Positions 28,022-37,958 are shown, counted from the first letter of the stretch. The stretch: 64,000 nucleotides of DNA from Candidatus Omnitrophota bacterium (GCA_022709525.1 JAKLIQ010000005.1:7626-71625), one strand, 5' to 3'. Translations and numbers: made by a program. Notes: generated by a model from the sequence alone, not told the origin.

Positions 28022-29071
28022 TTATGCCGCCGCCTGCGCAGCCTGCGCGAGTTTCTCCGTGAATTTTTCCTGGGAATGGAGAAGGGCGTTCACTTCCGGA
28101 ATCTTGACGAGTTCCTTGACGAGCGCGAACGCAAGATCCACCGGAAGGTCATCGAGAAAATCCACGAGATTGGATTTCTCCTTGGCGCTTAAAGCTTTTG
28201 CTTTCCCTTCTTTCGCGAGGATCCTCAAAAACTCATCGCCCGTGATCCGCAGAAGATCAAGCCGCGCCTTTTTCCCGGATGAGTATTTTTTGACGCGCGT
28301 TTTGACTTTCGCGTAATCCGAAAGAATCTCCTCCGCTTTGATGGGAATTTCCTGGTCCTTTTTCAGACTTTCGATAAACGCAATGGCCGCTTCCTTGCCG
28401 ACAAGGCCCATGGCGCATTGCAGCCACAGCCGGTCCTCAAGGCCGTTCAACATCCGGGAAAGCATCTCCCAGGATCTTGGGGACGGGAGCACCTCGAGAG
28501 GAAGCTCGTTTGCGGGGCTTCCCAAAAGATGCGTGTACCGCGCGATCAAATCGAGGATCTCCCCCCGGATTTTGCCGGTGTCTTTCCCCCAGCCGATCCA
28601 TTCGTTCGGTTCCGGCCGGAACTGGATGTGGAGAAACCGGTCCAACAGCGCCGGATCGAGCTCGTTTACGAAATAATCGCTCCCAGAAGGATTCGAGGCG
28701 CACACGATCTTCCAGCCGTCCGGAAGACGGTGGGTGTGGAGCCTCCGCTCCAGCACAAGCTGAAAGATTGCTTGCAGCACATCAAGCCGTGCACGGTTCA
28801 GCTCATCGAGGAACAGGATCCCAACCGTCCCTTCTCTCGGAAACCAGGAGGGTTTAAGCCAAACCGTTCTTCCGTCTTCCTTCGATGGAAGACCGATCAG
28901 GTCCCCTACTTCCATCTGGCCAAGCCGAAGATCCACGCATTCGTATTCAAGTTCAGATGCGAGGGCCTGGACGATCTGGCTTTTGCCGATCCCGTGCTGG
29001 CCCCAGATAAGCGGCGTGACATTCGCATGGAAAGATTGTTTGAGGATTTTCACTAAATCGATTGTGTTCAT
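28022..29071 (-). CDS. MoxR-family AAA+ ATPase (CbbQ/NorQ/GvpN-like, AAA_5)
   Basis: Walker A (GQHGIGKSQ), Walker B (ILFLDELNRA), and the MoxR signature (KIVCASNP). Confidence 0.85.
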   Translation of the reverse strand: MNTIDLVKILKQSFHANVTPLIWGQHGIGKSQIVQALASELEYECVDLRLGQMEVGDLIGLPSKEDGRTVWLKPSWFPREGTVGILFLDELNRARLDVLQAIFQLVLERRLHTHRLPDGWKIVCASNPSGSDYFVNELDPALLDRFLHIQFRPEPNEWIGWGKDTGKIRGEILDLIARYTHLLGSPANELPLEVLPSPRSWEMLSRMLNGLEDRLWLQCAMGLVGKEAAIAFIESLKKDQEIPIKAEEILSDYAKVKTRVKKYSSGKKARLDLLRITGDEFLRILAKEGKAKALSAKEKSNLVDFLDDLPVDLAFALVKELVKIPEVNALLHSQEKFTEKLAQAAQAAA

Positions 29072-29130
29072 GGACAGTTTTCTCCCTTGGTTTTATGTTT
29101 TTGATTTGAAGTTAAAAGAAGGTGAAAAGG

Positions 29131-30189
29131 TTAACGCGTGAAGAAGAAATGGATCTCGTTGAAAGAAGTAAAGACCTCGGCGCGGAAGAAACGATTGTGG
29201 CCGTACACTTGATGCGTCGCTTCAATCCCTTCCGGCCTAAGCGAGATCCAGAGCCGGTGGAAGTGATAGCGATCCAGGTAATACCAGGCGAGCGCCGCGA
29301 TTCTTTCCCTGTTTGATTTCGGAATTGAAACAGGCGTTACGGAACCCTCAACAAGTTTCCTCGAAACTTTCAGATCGTTACAACCTTGAAAAGATTTTGC
29401 GATCTCATATTGCTTTTTGTCGAAAGGCTGCGCAACCCTCCATTCCGATTCCTGAATATACCCCTCGGGTTTATACATCAATCTCCCGCCCGAGTAAGCG
29501 AGCATCCCGAGATAGTCATGAACGCTCCCGAACCGCCTCATGATCTCGCCCAGACATTTCTTGATGGTCTCTTCCTCGGTGACCATGCAATGCTCGGCCA
29601 CTTTATGGCTATGCAGGTAACAAGTTCCCTGAAAGATACAGCGGGAACAATACTTCTCGAGCTTTCGTTCCTGATATTCCGGGAGGTGCCTCGCGATGAT
29701 CCGGATCTTTTGATTTTGTTTGATGAGTTTCGGATCAAAAGCAACGCCGCTCAGATACGGTTTCAAGAAAGGCGTGCGTTCATTGACATCAACCGGCCGG
29801 AGTTTCCGCCACCCGGAAAGATTGATCGCGAAAGGTTTCAAATCCTCCACCGGCTGAAACGAGCAGCCCGAAGGTTTAATGCTTTTATTCAAACAATTGC
29901 CGGTGATCCCGCTTAAACGGTCCTTGCAGAGATCGCAGAATTTCGCTTTCTTCTTCGCACCGTTTATGAGGATATAAGGATCGTTCTTATCGTCGTGATA
30001 GCCCCACACCGAAGAATAGCCGTGCCGGTCTCCGTTCTCGACTTCTTTGCCGGAAAGATCCTGTAACGGAATCACGCAGGGTTTCTCCCCGACGATCCTT
30101 ACCGCGCAGGAATCCGGTTTTAAAGAGCGAAGATCGCGGGAGCGCGGAAAAACGTAGGCCCCGTCAACTTGAGTATAGACTTTTTTCAT
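29131..30189 (-). CDS. Cys-rich hypothetical protein, paralog 2 of tandem pair
   Basis: Shares with the upstream gene the blocks KFCDLCKDRL(S/H)GITGNC, KP(S/G)GCSF, YCSRCIF, AE(H/R)CMVT(E/D)E.T.K.C...RFGSV and SLAWY. ATG at 30187-30189. Confidence 0.5.
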   Translation of the reverse strand: MKKVYTQVDGAYVFPRSRDLRSLKPDSCAVRIVGEKPCVIPLQDLSGKEVENGDRHGYSSVWGYHDDKNDPYILINGAKKKAKFCDLCKDRLSGITGNCLNKSIKPSGCSFQPVEDLKPFAINLSGWRKLRPVDVNERTPFLKPYLSGVAFDPKLIKQNQKIRIIARHLPEYQERKLEKYCSRCIFQGTCYLHSHKVAEHCMVTEEETIKKCLGEIMRRFGSVHDYLGMLAYSGGRLMYKPEGYIQESEWRVAQPFDKKQYEIAKSFQGCNDLKVSRKLVEGSVTPVSIPKSNRERIAALAWYYLDRYHFHRLWISLRPEGIEATHQVYGHNRFFRAEVFTSFNEIHFFFTR

Positions 30190-30211
30190 TGTGATCTCCT
30201 TGGTAGTGAAA

Positions 30212-31315
30212 TTAACGCTCGAAACTGACAACCTCATTGAACGAATAGAATTGTTTCTCCAGAATCTCGGGAGTGCCCCACCCGTAAGGGTAATAACTGA
30301 TCTTGATACCCTCGGGGATAGGCGTAAGGGAGAGAATCCGGATCGTGCGGCCCCGGTATCCGCGGTAAGCGTCCTGATCTTTCGCGTAATATCTCTCAAA
30401 AAAATACCAGGCAAGGCTCGCAATTTTCTCCCGCCCTTCCCACGGCAACGCTCCCGGGATCACATTCCCTTCGATCCTCGCCCTTGAAACAACGGCCCGC
30501 TTAAAAGGACGGGAACGTTTACGGATGAGGAACTTATTCCGACCTACGGGTTTTGTAATCACCCATTTCGTTTTCCGTTTCTCCCCATGCGGCCGGCAGG
30601 CGATCTCTTTTCCACAAAAAGCGAGACGGTTCAGAAATTCTTCAACGCTTCCGAACCTTCCTTGGATTTTTTTGATGCAGCGTTTTTGTGTTTTCTCGTC
30701 CGTCACCATGCAGCGTTCCGCGATCCGCATGCTGTTCATGCGACAGCGCCCAAAGATGCAGCGGGAGCAGTATTTTTTCTTCTTTTTCTCAAGCTGGTTC
30801 CAGAAATCATTGCGGGCGGCAATGGCGCGCTTATTCCGGCTGATCACCTTCGAATCGAGACGGATATATTCCGCGCTCCATGGTTTCTTAAAGGGCGAGT
30901 AATGATTGACCCGGGAGGGTTTTAAGTACCGCCACCCATCCAGGGAAATGTTGAATTTCCCTAGAGCATTCGCCGGACGAAACGAGCAGCCGCCCGGTTT
31001 CACGCCGTAACTGAAACAGTTGCCCGTGATCCCGTGCAGACGATCCTTGCAAAGATCACAGAATTTGACGGTCTTGCGTTCCCCGTTAATCACGAGGAAT
31101 CTTTCGGGTTTTGCGGCATAAAATCCGAAGACCGGATCGGAGTAGCCGGAACTGCGTTTATCCTCTACACACTTTGATTGCAGGCTTTCAAGCGCAGCAA
31201 CATAAACCTGGCGGCCTTTCCTTGCGACAACGCACGAATCAAGTTTCAGGTCCGTGAGGTCACCCGGATCGGTAAGCACATAAATATCTTTGAACTTCGT
31301 ATAAAGTCTTTTCAT
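30212..31315 (-). CDS. Cys-rich hypothetical protein, paralog 1 of tandem pair
   Basis: 367 aa with the same conserved Cys pattern as 29131-30189. Clean ATG. Confidence 0.5.
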   Translation of the reverse strand: MKRLYTKFKDIYVLTDPGDLTDLKLDSCVVARKGRQVYVAALESLQSKCVEDKRSSGYSDPVFGFYAAKPERFLVINGERKTVKFCDLCKDRLHGITGNCFSYGVKPGGCSFRPANALGKFNISLDGWRYLKPSRVNHYSPFKKPWSAEYIRLDSKVISRNKRAIAARNDFWNQLEKKKKKYCSRCIFGRCRMNSMRIAERCMVTDEKTQKRCIKKIQGRFGSVEEFLNRLAFCGKEIACRPHGEKRKTKWVITKPVGRNKFLIRKRSRPFKRAVVSRARIEGNVIPGALPWEGREKIASLAWYFFERYYAKDQDAYRGYRGRTIRILSLTPIPEGIKISYYPYGWGTPEILEKQFYSFNEVVSFER

Positions 31316-31348
31316 GGAAGTGTTCTCCTTTTTGAATAAGTGGTGGAA

Positions 31349-31852
31349 TCATCTTTGTTTCGCGTAGCGAAGTCCCTCGACGAAATACTGATTGAGGCGG
31401 TCCCTCATCTGATAAAAGAGATCCGCCATTTCCTTCTGAAGTTCCGCGCTTGAAGTCCACACAAAATTCCAGGCTTTCGCGTTATATTCAGAGATCACGG
31501 CATTCTGAAATGAGACAACGACATAGGTGACGTCCTCATACGAGGCTTCGATCGCGATGGAGATGGGAGGGTAGCTGATTTTCTTTTTCTCTAAATAATC
31601 CACCTGGACCTTGTCCCGGATCACGCTAAAAATCGCGTAAAACTTCGATTTCACGGCATAGAGAAGTTCCTCCCCGATAAATTCATCGGGGACACAGCCT
31701 TCCTGGGGATCAAGGTAAAGTTTCTGAATAAGAAGGTCCCCCTCATCTTCGTTTTTCTTGATTTCAAAAAGACCTGAGTGATATTCGAGAAGTGTCTTTT
31801 TCAGATCCTGATAAAGCTCCATCTGAAGCGTTTCGCGTTTCGGGTATTCCAT
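31349..31852 (-). CDS. Hypothetical protein
   Basis: 167-aa ORF with clean ATG. No domain recognised. Confidence 0.4.
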   Translation of the reverse strand: MEYPKRETLQMELYQDLKKTLLEYHSGLFEIKKNEDEGDLLIQKLYLDPQEGCVPDEFIGEELLYAVKSKFYAIFSVIRDKVQVDYLEKKKISYPPISIAIEASYEDVTYVVVSFQNAVISEYNAKAWNFVWTSSAELQKEMADLFYQMRDRLNQYFVEGLRYAKQR

Positions 31853-31924
31853 AACTCCCCCTCCTTAAAATGAAATGGGCAGGGACGCTCTCACGGCCCT
31901 GCCCTGGTGAATTCGTTAAACAAG

Positions 31925-32281
31925 CTACTTGCGAACGTCGGTTAGTCCTTTGATGGCTCGCTTCAGATTCCTCTTTTCTTTCTCGAGATCGCCCGCTTCC
32001 GGATCGGTGTCGTAAACGCTAACCGCTGCTTTGGGGATGTTTGCATAAACACCCTGAACGATTCCTTCCTCGATATGGATCACGAGCTTCAAGGTTTCTC
32101 TCTTGAAGCGGTTAAATCTTTCAACAAGCGTACTGCAATTCAAGCGCTCGCAGAGATCATCGATCTGTTTTGATGCAAGCGGACGGACATTTTTGAAATG
32201 CTCCATGCCGACAGCCGGCCGTTCTTGAAATGTCCGAAGCGCGGCAAGCACGGTGGCGAGTTCTTTTTTTGTCAGGTTCAT
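31925..32281 (-). CDS. Hypothetical protein
   Basis: 118 aa from MNLTKKELATV. ATG at 32279-32281. Confidence 0.3.
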   Translation of the reverse strand: MNLTKKELATVLAALRTFQERPAVGMEHFKNVRPLASKQIDDLCERLNCSTLVERFNRFKRETLKLVIHIEEGIVQGVYANIPKAAVSVYDTDPEAGDLEKEKRNLKRAIKGLTDVRK

Positions 32282-32328
32282 AATTATTCCTTTTGTTGGA
32301 TTGGATTTTTTGAGTTTCAAGAGAATAA

Positions 32329-32583
32329 CTATGGGCGAGATTTCCTGCTGTAACCGTAGATAACGGCGTCGCAAATACAGCCCGGTAAATCGCAATGCGC
32401 GGTTTCCGCTTTGTATTTTTTACCCGTCCGGGCATCCGTCACGATGAACCGGACAAGCTTCCCTCTCGGCGTCCAGGCTTCCTTGATCCATAGCTTGATT
32501 CGTCTTCCGGTTTCGTGGCACAGCGGTGTAAAAATATACGCAGTTGAACCTTCAACCTTTTTCGTGAGTCGTTTGATTCGCAT
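32329..32583 (-). CDS. Hypothetical small protein
   Basis: 84-aa ORF with ATG. Partial overlap with the neighbouring ORF. Weak. Confidence 0.25.
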   Translation of the reverse strand: MRIKRLTKKVEGSTAYIFTPLCHETGRRIKLWIKEAWTPRGKLVRFIVTDARTGKKYKAETAHCDLPGCICDAVIYGYSRKSRP

Positions 32584-32623
32584 AAAGCGCTCCTTTCCTC
32601 AGTTGATTTGTTTTCTCATGGCC

Positions 32624-33109
32624 TTAGCCGAGACCGCTTTGGCAGGGCGACACGAGGTCACAATTTCCCGTTTTCCACGATTCTTTTTTCCTAGAGCGAA
32701 TGCGCTTATACCCGCATATTGGGGATGGCTTGCAATTTCGCGTAAGTCTTCCGAGATAATTGATACAGCGGGTGCAGCGAGCCTCGGCTTGAGCCATCCG
32801 CTCCACGGCTTTCTCCTTCTCCCGACGTTTGTGGTGATCCAAGAGTTCGAATTCGCTGAATACGTCCTGCTGGTTTTTGCAGGCCGTGACATCCAAAAAC
32901 ATGGTATACCCGCCGTTGAAATTGATGCGGCCGACATTCCGTCCCTGGCAGAAATGCAGCTTGAGTTCCTGGCGGTCGGGATTGTCTCTGCTGATGTAAC
33001 CTCCGATAAACCATTGGTCCCTGTAACCGGAGATATACCCGACCTGACGGCCGGCGTTCCGGCTGTTTAATTCGTTTACCGTTTCGAGTAATTCTTCGCG
33101 TGTAAGCAT
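32624..33109 (-). CDS. Hypothetical protein
   Basis: 161-aa ORF with ATG. No domain recognised. Confidence 0.35.
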   Translation of the reverse strand: MLTREELLETVNELNSRNAGRQVGYISGYRDQWFIGGYISRDNPDRQELKLHFCQGRNVGRINFNGGYTMFLDVTACKNQQDVFSEFELLDHHKRREKEKAVERMAQAEARCTRCINYLGRLTRNCKPSPICGYKRIRSRKKESWKTGNCDLVSPCQSGLG

Positions 33110-33127
33110 TTTGGAAGACTCTCCGTG

Positions 33128-33790
33128 TCAAAGTTGGTTGTGTTCTGAAAAACTAAAGTACTGGTTCTCGCCGATGATGATGTGATCGAGGATACGAATC
33201 GAAACCGTCTGACAGGCGGCTTTTATCTTCTGCGTGATCTCGAAATCCTCGCGGCTCGGTTCAGTCTTTCCGGAAGGATGGTTATGGACGAGCACGAGGT
33301 TCGATGCGTTCTGCAGCAGAGATTCCCGAACAATCTCTCGGGGATGAACCGCCGCTTCATCCACGGTCCCGAAGAAAAGATCCTTATCGCCGAGAATCTT
33401 TAAGGCCTTATCGAGAAACAAAACCTTAAAAACCTCCCGTTTGAGGTCCCGAAGACTCACCGTAAGGTAGTCGGTGACTGCTTGGGGACTTCTAACGAAA
33501 TTCTGCCCGATCATCCCCTGCTTTAAGACGCGTTTTCCTATTTCCCGGACTGCCAAAAGCTGAAACCTCTCGGTTTCGTTTAGATCCTCCAGATCAAAAA
33601 TCTTGCGAAGACCTCCTGCTTTTTTCAAAAGTTCCAAAGCAACATCAACTTCCGTTCGCTCATAAGTAGATTTTTTTAGAATCAGGGATAAAAGTTCAGC
33701 ATCCGACAAAGCTTCGATCCCTTTTTCACGTACCCGAACCACAGGTTGTTCACTTTCAGGCCAGTCTTTTACTGATAATTTTCTTCCCAT
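33128..33790 (-). CDS. radC: RadC-family JAB/MPN domain protein
   Basis: N-terminal HhH (LSDAELLSLILK) and C-terminal JAMM motif (VLVHNHPSGKTEPSREDFEITQKI). Start at MGRKLSVKDWPE. Confidence 0.8.
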   Translation of the reverse strand: MGRKLSVKDWPESEQPVVRVREKGIEALSDAELLSLILKKSTYERTEVDVALELLKKAGGLRKIFDLEDLNETERFQLLAVREIGKRVLKQGMIGQNFVRSPQAVTDYLTVSLRDLKREVFKVLFLDKALKILGDKDLFFGTVDEAAVHPREIVRESLLQNASNLVLVHNHPSGKTEPSREDFEITQKIKAACQTVSIRILDHIIIGENQYFSFSEHNQL

Positions 33791-34037
33791 GATCTCAGTC
33801 TCCTTAGACACAAGATAGGCGGGAAGAGAACTTCTCCTTCCCGCCTATCTTTCGATGTTCATTTCACGATCACTTCCCAGCCAAACCGTTTGAAACGCTC
33901 GATCAGGCGGGCGTGTTTCGATTCGTCTTGTTTTCGAATGATGAGCCGCACAAAAATCACCTCCTCCTTTAAAAAGAAAAAGGGAGAAGCGGCTTTTTAA
34001 ACCACCTCTCCCCTTAAACTTTCCTTCGAAACGCGCG

Positions 34038-34553
34038 TTAAGCGGTTGCTTGCGCCACCGCTTTCGCGGGCTCTGCTTCAGGGCTCCGGAGAGCTTCCGC
34101 CACGGCTTCCACCGAAGACTCCAAAATGGACAATGCTTTCTTGCCATTCGGGATGAAGGTTCCCTCGTCCCCTTTGAAGGCATAGCAGACCCGAACGAAG
34201 CTGTTCTTCGGACCGCGAACCTTCGAAACCTGGTACTGCTCGGTTTCGGAAATGGAAACGGCGCTCACGAGAACCGTTTCGCAGTTCTTCCCTTCAGCGG
34301 GCAGGGAAAGTTCCGGCGCTTTCTTCGCCGCGAGAATGGCCTCGGCGAGTTCCTTGCGGAATTCCGCGCGGACGTTCATACCTTCCTTGGTCTTCTTGAA
34401 CTGCCCGTCCTTCTTGTAATACACGTGAAGATCGAGGAAGGACGCTCCGTCTTTACCGGTCCATGAACTGACACGGTAAATGTCGTTTTCAAAACGGGTC
34501 ACGTCCTTGATGATCTTGTCCTGGTTTTTGTTACTTTCTTTTTTCGTATTCAT
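34038..34553 (-). CDS. PC4/YdbC-like ssDNA-binding protein (possibly two tandem PC4-like halves)
   Basis: Two blocks resembling PC4/YdbC (IYRVSSWTGKDGASFLDLHVYYKKDGQFKKTKEGMNV and SKVRGPKNSFVRVCYAFKGDEGTFIPNGKKALSI). Resemblance only. Confidence 0.4.
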   Translation of the reverse strand: MNTKKESNKNQDKIIKDVTRFENDIYRVSSWTGKDGASFLDLHVYYKKDGQFKKTKEGMNVRAEFRKELAEAILAAKKAPELSLPAEGKNCETVLVSAVSISETEQYQVSKVRGPKNSFVRVCYAFKGDEGTFIPNGKKALSILESSVEAVAEALRSPEAEPAKAVAQATA

Positions 34554-34748
34554 TGTGTTTCTCCTTTTTGGTTTTTATTTTTTGAATAGGTTGAACAACA
34601 CTGCTCATCTGTTTTTTCTCTGGCAGTCACCTCCTTTTCGAAGCTTTTGAAAATTAAAAAGGGGAAAGCGCCGCGGACCGAGGCCCGGGAACTTTCCCCT
34701 TACGAGTTTGTTAAATGGTAATTTTTATGAAGCTTTAGAACGTTGCGG

Positions 34749-36560
34749 TTATTTTTCTTCTTCCAGTTTCTTAATGATCTCAAGCGGGTTATCGATCTCA
34801 TCAAGAGCTGTGTCTTTTTCTTCCGGAGCGCTTCTCTTCGTTTTTACGGGTTTTTTCACGCTCGTTTTCGGATCGAATTCGTCGGGATAACTCGAATACC
34901 CGAAGAAATCGAGTTTGATGTGATCGGTAAGAAGCGACGGGTTTTTCCAGATCAAAGCGGCTTCCCCGCGTTTAAGACCCCGGATCAGGTCCGGCTCGAT
35001 GCGGAAGGTCTGGCCTTCGCGGACGGAACCCGCGCCCGTCAGACCTTTCCCAAGGATCTGTTCCTGGGTTTGGTAAGTGGAGATCATCGTGCGGCGCGTC
35101 CCGGCGATTTTCACGAATTTCTCCACGGAAAAAGGATCATCCTGGCGAAGAATCACCTTGATGTTGGTGTTCTCCACAACCTGCTGCTGGAAATTGGACA
35201 TACCCCGGTAAACAAGGTCCCCCAGGGATTGATGAAGAATAGTGACGGCATACCCGCTTGCCCTGCATTTATTCAGAAAATCGATGAAGTTAAGCTCCAA
35301 AAAACTTGAAGCGTCATCGATAAACACCGGAAAGAAATGACGGTTATAAGGCGTGATGTGGGACACGATATGGCTTGAAACGGCGCGGATATCCTGAATG
35401 ATCATCCGGCCGAGACGCCGCGAAGTGTCCGCGTACTTCTGAAGATCGAGCGCGAAATAACAGATCTGGTTATTTTCATAGACCGAAAGCAGATCGATCT
35501 CGGGATCATTCGTATCGAGACGGTCCGAGAATTCGCTCCTTGAGGTGAGAAAAAGATCGGACATTAATCCGGCGAGGAACTTTTGGTTGTCCCTGAAACC
35601 CGCTACCATCTTCCCGATGTCTTCTTTCAGGACCGGATTGGTCATTTCATCCGAGAGTTTTTGGAGAGCGTTTAAGTCCGTCAAATATCCGTGAAGTTCC
35701 CGGAACCGGGCAGTTCTCCCCACCGAGGCGATGGCGTTAAGGAGCGTGAGCGCGGCCTGCTCCGCCATACGCCGGTAAAACTCCTCGCTCCATGCCATGC
35801 TGTTAACGAGCTTGTCTTTCAGTTCGGTCGGGTTCCCCCGAAAAAGCGGGTTATAGGTGTTCGAGTCCTTGGGATGGCTTAATGAGAAGAAGTAGAAATC
35901 GTCCTTGCGTTTTTGTTTATGGACGATGTAGCGGATCTTGTTCCGGAGTTCCAGATCCCCTTTCCCGTCGATAATGATCGCGCCTTTTCCGTGCGCGATA
36001 TCATGAGCGAGCATCGGAAGAAGGACGGATTCCGTTTTTCCGGTGCCGGTGCTTCCGACAACCTCGCAGTGCATCAGGCGCTGGTCATTGGTGAGATAAA
36101 GAGGTTTCTTCTGGTTTAGGCCGTATCCCAAATAAACCCTGTGGTAATCGGATTTCAGGCGAAAAGCGCGCATCCGTTCAGGGGAAGGATCCGGTTTAAC
36201 GCCATCCGGCTTAAAATATCTGGCTTCCTGGTTGAGATAAGCAAAACACAGGAAAACGGGCAGCGTAATGACGAGATAAAGCAGGAAAAAGAACCCGAAC
36301 TTTACGCCCGGGGCCCAGTTGGGATTCACCAGTTTGCTTTGAAAAACGAGATCGAGAAGATCGAAAAGAGCGCCGAGTCTTAAAACGCAGAACAGGGAAA
36401 ATAAACCCAAGACTGCCGGAATCGATTTCCGAAGCCAGGGGTTTTCGAGTTTTGTCAAAACACTCAGAAGACCTTTCGAGATCCCGAAAGGAATCCCCAC
36501 AAAAATCCCGCCGATCACTCGGACGAGAATCGGTTCTCTTTTGATCGGAGGTTTCTGCAT
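34749..36560 (-). CDS. Type IV coupling protein (VirD4/TraD/TraG family)
   Basis: N-terminal TM helices. Walker A (VVGSTGTGKTESV), Walker B region, and the TraD/TrwB-like C-terminal domain. Confidence 0.85.
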   Translation of the reverse strand: MQKPPIKREPILVRVIGGIFVGIPFGISKGLLSVLTKLENPWLRKSIPAVLGLFSLFCVLRLGALFDLLDLVFQSKLVNPNWAPGVKFGFFFLLYLVITLPVFLCFAYLNQEARYFKPDGVKPDPSPERMRAFRLKSDYHRVYLGYGLNQKKPLYLTNDQRLMHCEVVGSTGTGKTESVLLPMLAHDIAHGKGAIIIDGKGDLELRNKIRYIVHKQKRKDDFYFFSLSHPKDSNTYNPLFRGNPTELKDKLVNSMAWSEEFYRRMAEQAALTLLNAIASVGRTARFRELHGYLTDLNALQKLSDEMTNPVLKEDIGKMVAGFRDNQKFLAGLMSDLFLTSRSEFSDRLDTNDPEIDLLSVYENNQICYFALDLQKYADTSRRLGRMIIQDIRAVSSHIVSHITPYNRHFFPVFIDDASSFLELNFIDFLNKCRASGYAVTILHQSLGDLVYRGMSNFQQQVVENTNIKVILRQDDPFSVEKFVKIAGTRRTMISTYQTQEQILGKGLTGAGSVREGQTFRIEPDLIRGLKRGEAALIWKNPSLLTDHIKLDFFGYSSYPDEFDPKTSVKKPVKTKRSAPEEKDTALDEIDNPLEIIKKLEEEK

Positions 36561-36571
36561 CGCTCACCTCC

Positions 36572-37336
36572 TCAGAAAAGACGGCTCAGTTTGAAACTGG
36601 CCCGTTTATTTTCAAAGAGCGTTTCCCCTTGTTCGCTCATCAGCTCGCGATACGTGGTAATCCAGATCTTCTGGGCGTTATAACGCATCCCGTGAACGAG
36701 CCAATCCTTGGTGTCCCCATCAATGATCATGAGAAGCAGGAGATAAAGTTTGTGATCGCTGTAATAATCAAAGACCTCCTGATAACGTTTCATGCTTTTT
36801 GTCAGATGATTCTCGAACTCGATCGCGATCCGTTTCCCGCGAAGGGTCAAAATACCGTCCGGAACGCGGAACAAATGATCGCGTTCCCGAAGCACCCTTT
36901 CGGGGATCCAGCCGTCCAACCCGAACTGACGGAAGAAAATCCTCACGCTTGCGACTTTTAAATCATGGTCGATGGAACGATCGAAATACGGGGTGGGCTC
37001 ATAAAGTCGGATGCCGGAATCGAGGTTCCGGTTTTTCAGAATCCCTAACGATTTCTCGGTTACGAAATAGATGTTCAGGTTCTTTCGGCCGGAATATCCT
37101 TTCGAAAGGAAGCCCGAGTTAATGAGCCGCTCGATCCGCCGGTAACAGGCCTTAGCCGGCTCCGAACGCTCCTTCCAGAACGCTTCTCGGATCTGGCCGT
37201 AAGCCAAATACCGGTGTTCATGGATTAACCTAAAAACTGCGATGTCTCGATCCGTCAACTCAATCGGTTGAATGACCTGCATCAATTCGTCGGAATCATC
37301 ACTTGCGGATTCATTATCGAGCGGTTGATCTATCAT
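36572..37336 (-). CDS. Replication-relaxation family protein
   Basis: Winged-helix N-terminus (FRLIHEHRYLAYGQIREAFW) and overall replic_relax-like pattern. Directly upstream of the T4CP gene. Confidence 0.5.
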   Translation of the reverse strand: MIDQPLDNESASDDSDELMQVIQPIELTDRDIAVFRLIHEHRYLAYGQIREAFWKERSEPAKACYRRIERLINSGFLSKGYSGRKNLNIYFVTEKSLGILKNRNLDSGIRLYEPTPYFDRSIDHDLKVASVRIFFRQFGLDGWIPERVLRERDHLFRVPDGILTLRGKRIAIEFENHLTKSMKRYQEVFDYYSDHKLYLLLLMIIDGDTKDWLVHGMRYNAQKIWITTYRELMSEQGETLFENKRASFKLSRLF

Positions 37337-37442
37337 TAAAGGCTCCTCCTTAAAAGCGCTGACGGGCCTTGCCGGGAGAAGCGTTTATCAACCGCGAAGG
37401 GGGAAGATTTTCAGGTCTTCCCCCTTTTCACCCTTTAACGGA

Positions 37443-37871
37443 TTACCGCGTAAAACTGCGGGCCGTAGAAATCGTCTGGTTTAAACGGCTCCAAAGATCG
37501 CTTAGGAGGAGTCTCCGTTCCTGAGCGATCCGGTAATCCTCCGCGGGTCTCGAAACCGCAGCCACAAACGATGGCTGCCGAATCGTTACCTTCGGATAAA
37601 AGGGCTGGGCTTTCCGGGTGCTCGGCAGCACGGGAATCGTGATCTCCCGGGACTGCTTCGGCGTCTCGTCCTTCCACATCTCCTGCCAGGAAGCCCATGC
37701 AAAATTGGAACCCCGGTTCATCAAAGCGGCAGAGGTCATGGCCACAAAAAGCACAAAACCCAAGCTGACGCCCGCACCGAACAATCTTCCCAATCTTGCC
37801 AAAAAACTTCCGTTTCGTCTCACGTTCACAGAAATTTCACGTACTTGTCTCTTGTCCAGTTCTCGTTTCAT
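37443..37871 (-). CDS. Hypothetical small membrane protein (first gene after promoter-like element copy C)
   Basis: 142 aa from MKRELDKRQV. Single TM (GAGVSLGFVLFVAMTSAALM). Confidence 0.4.
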   Translation of the reverse strand: MKRELDKRQVREISVNVRRNGSFLARLGRLFGAGVSLGFVLFVAMTSAALMNRGSNFAWASWQEMWKDETPKQSREITIPVLPSTRKAQPFYPKVTIRQPSFVAAVSRPAEDYRIAQERRLLLSDLWSRLNQTISTARSFTR

Positions 37872-37958
37872 GGTCGTTCTCCTTGTCGTTGTCGAAGGCT
37901 TTAAGGCCCTAATAAGTAGCACCAGGTTTAGGACTGGTCGTTTTGATTTATATGTTCT

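Noticed and set aside
28418-29056. 212-aa plus-strand ORF
   Set aside because: Entirely antisense to the MoxR ATPase, whose Walker motifs validate the minus frame.
37400-37428. Stem-loop GGGGGAAGA...TCTTCCCCC downstream of the 37443-37871 gene
   Set aside because: T-run follows on the plus strand only, where no gene ends. Ambiguous, so not called as terminator.
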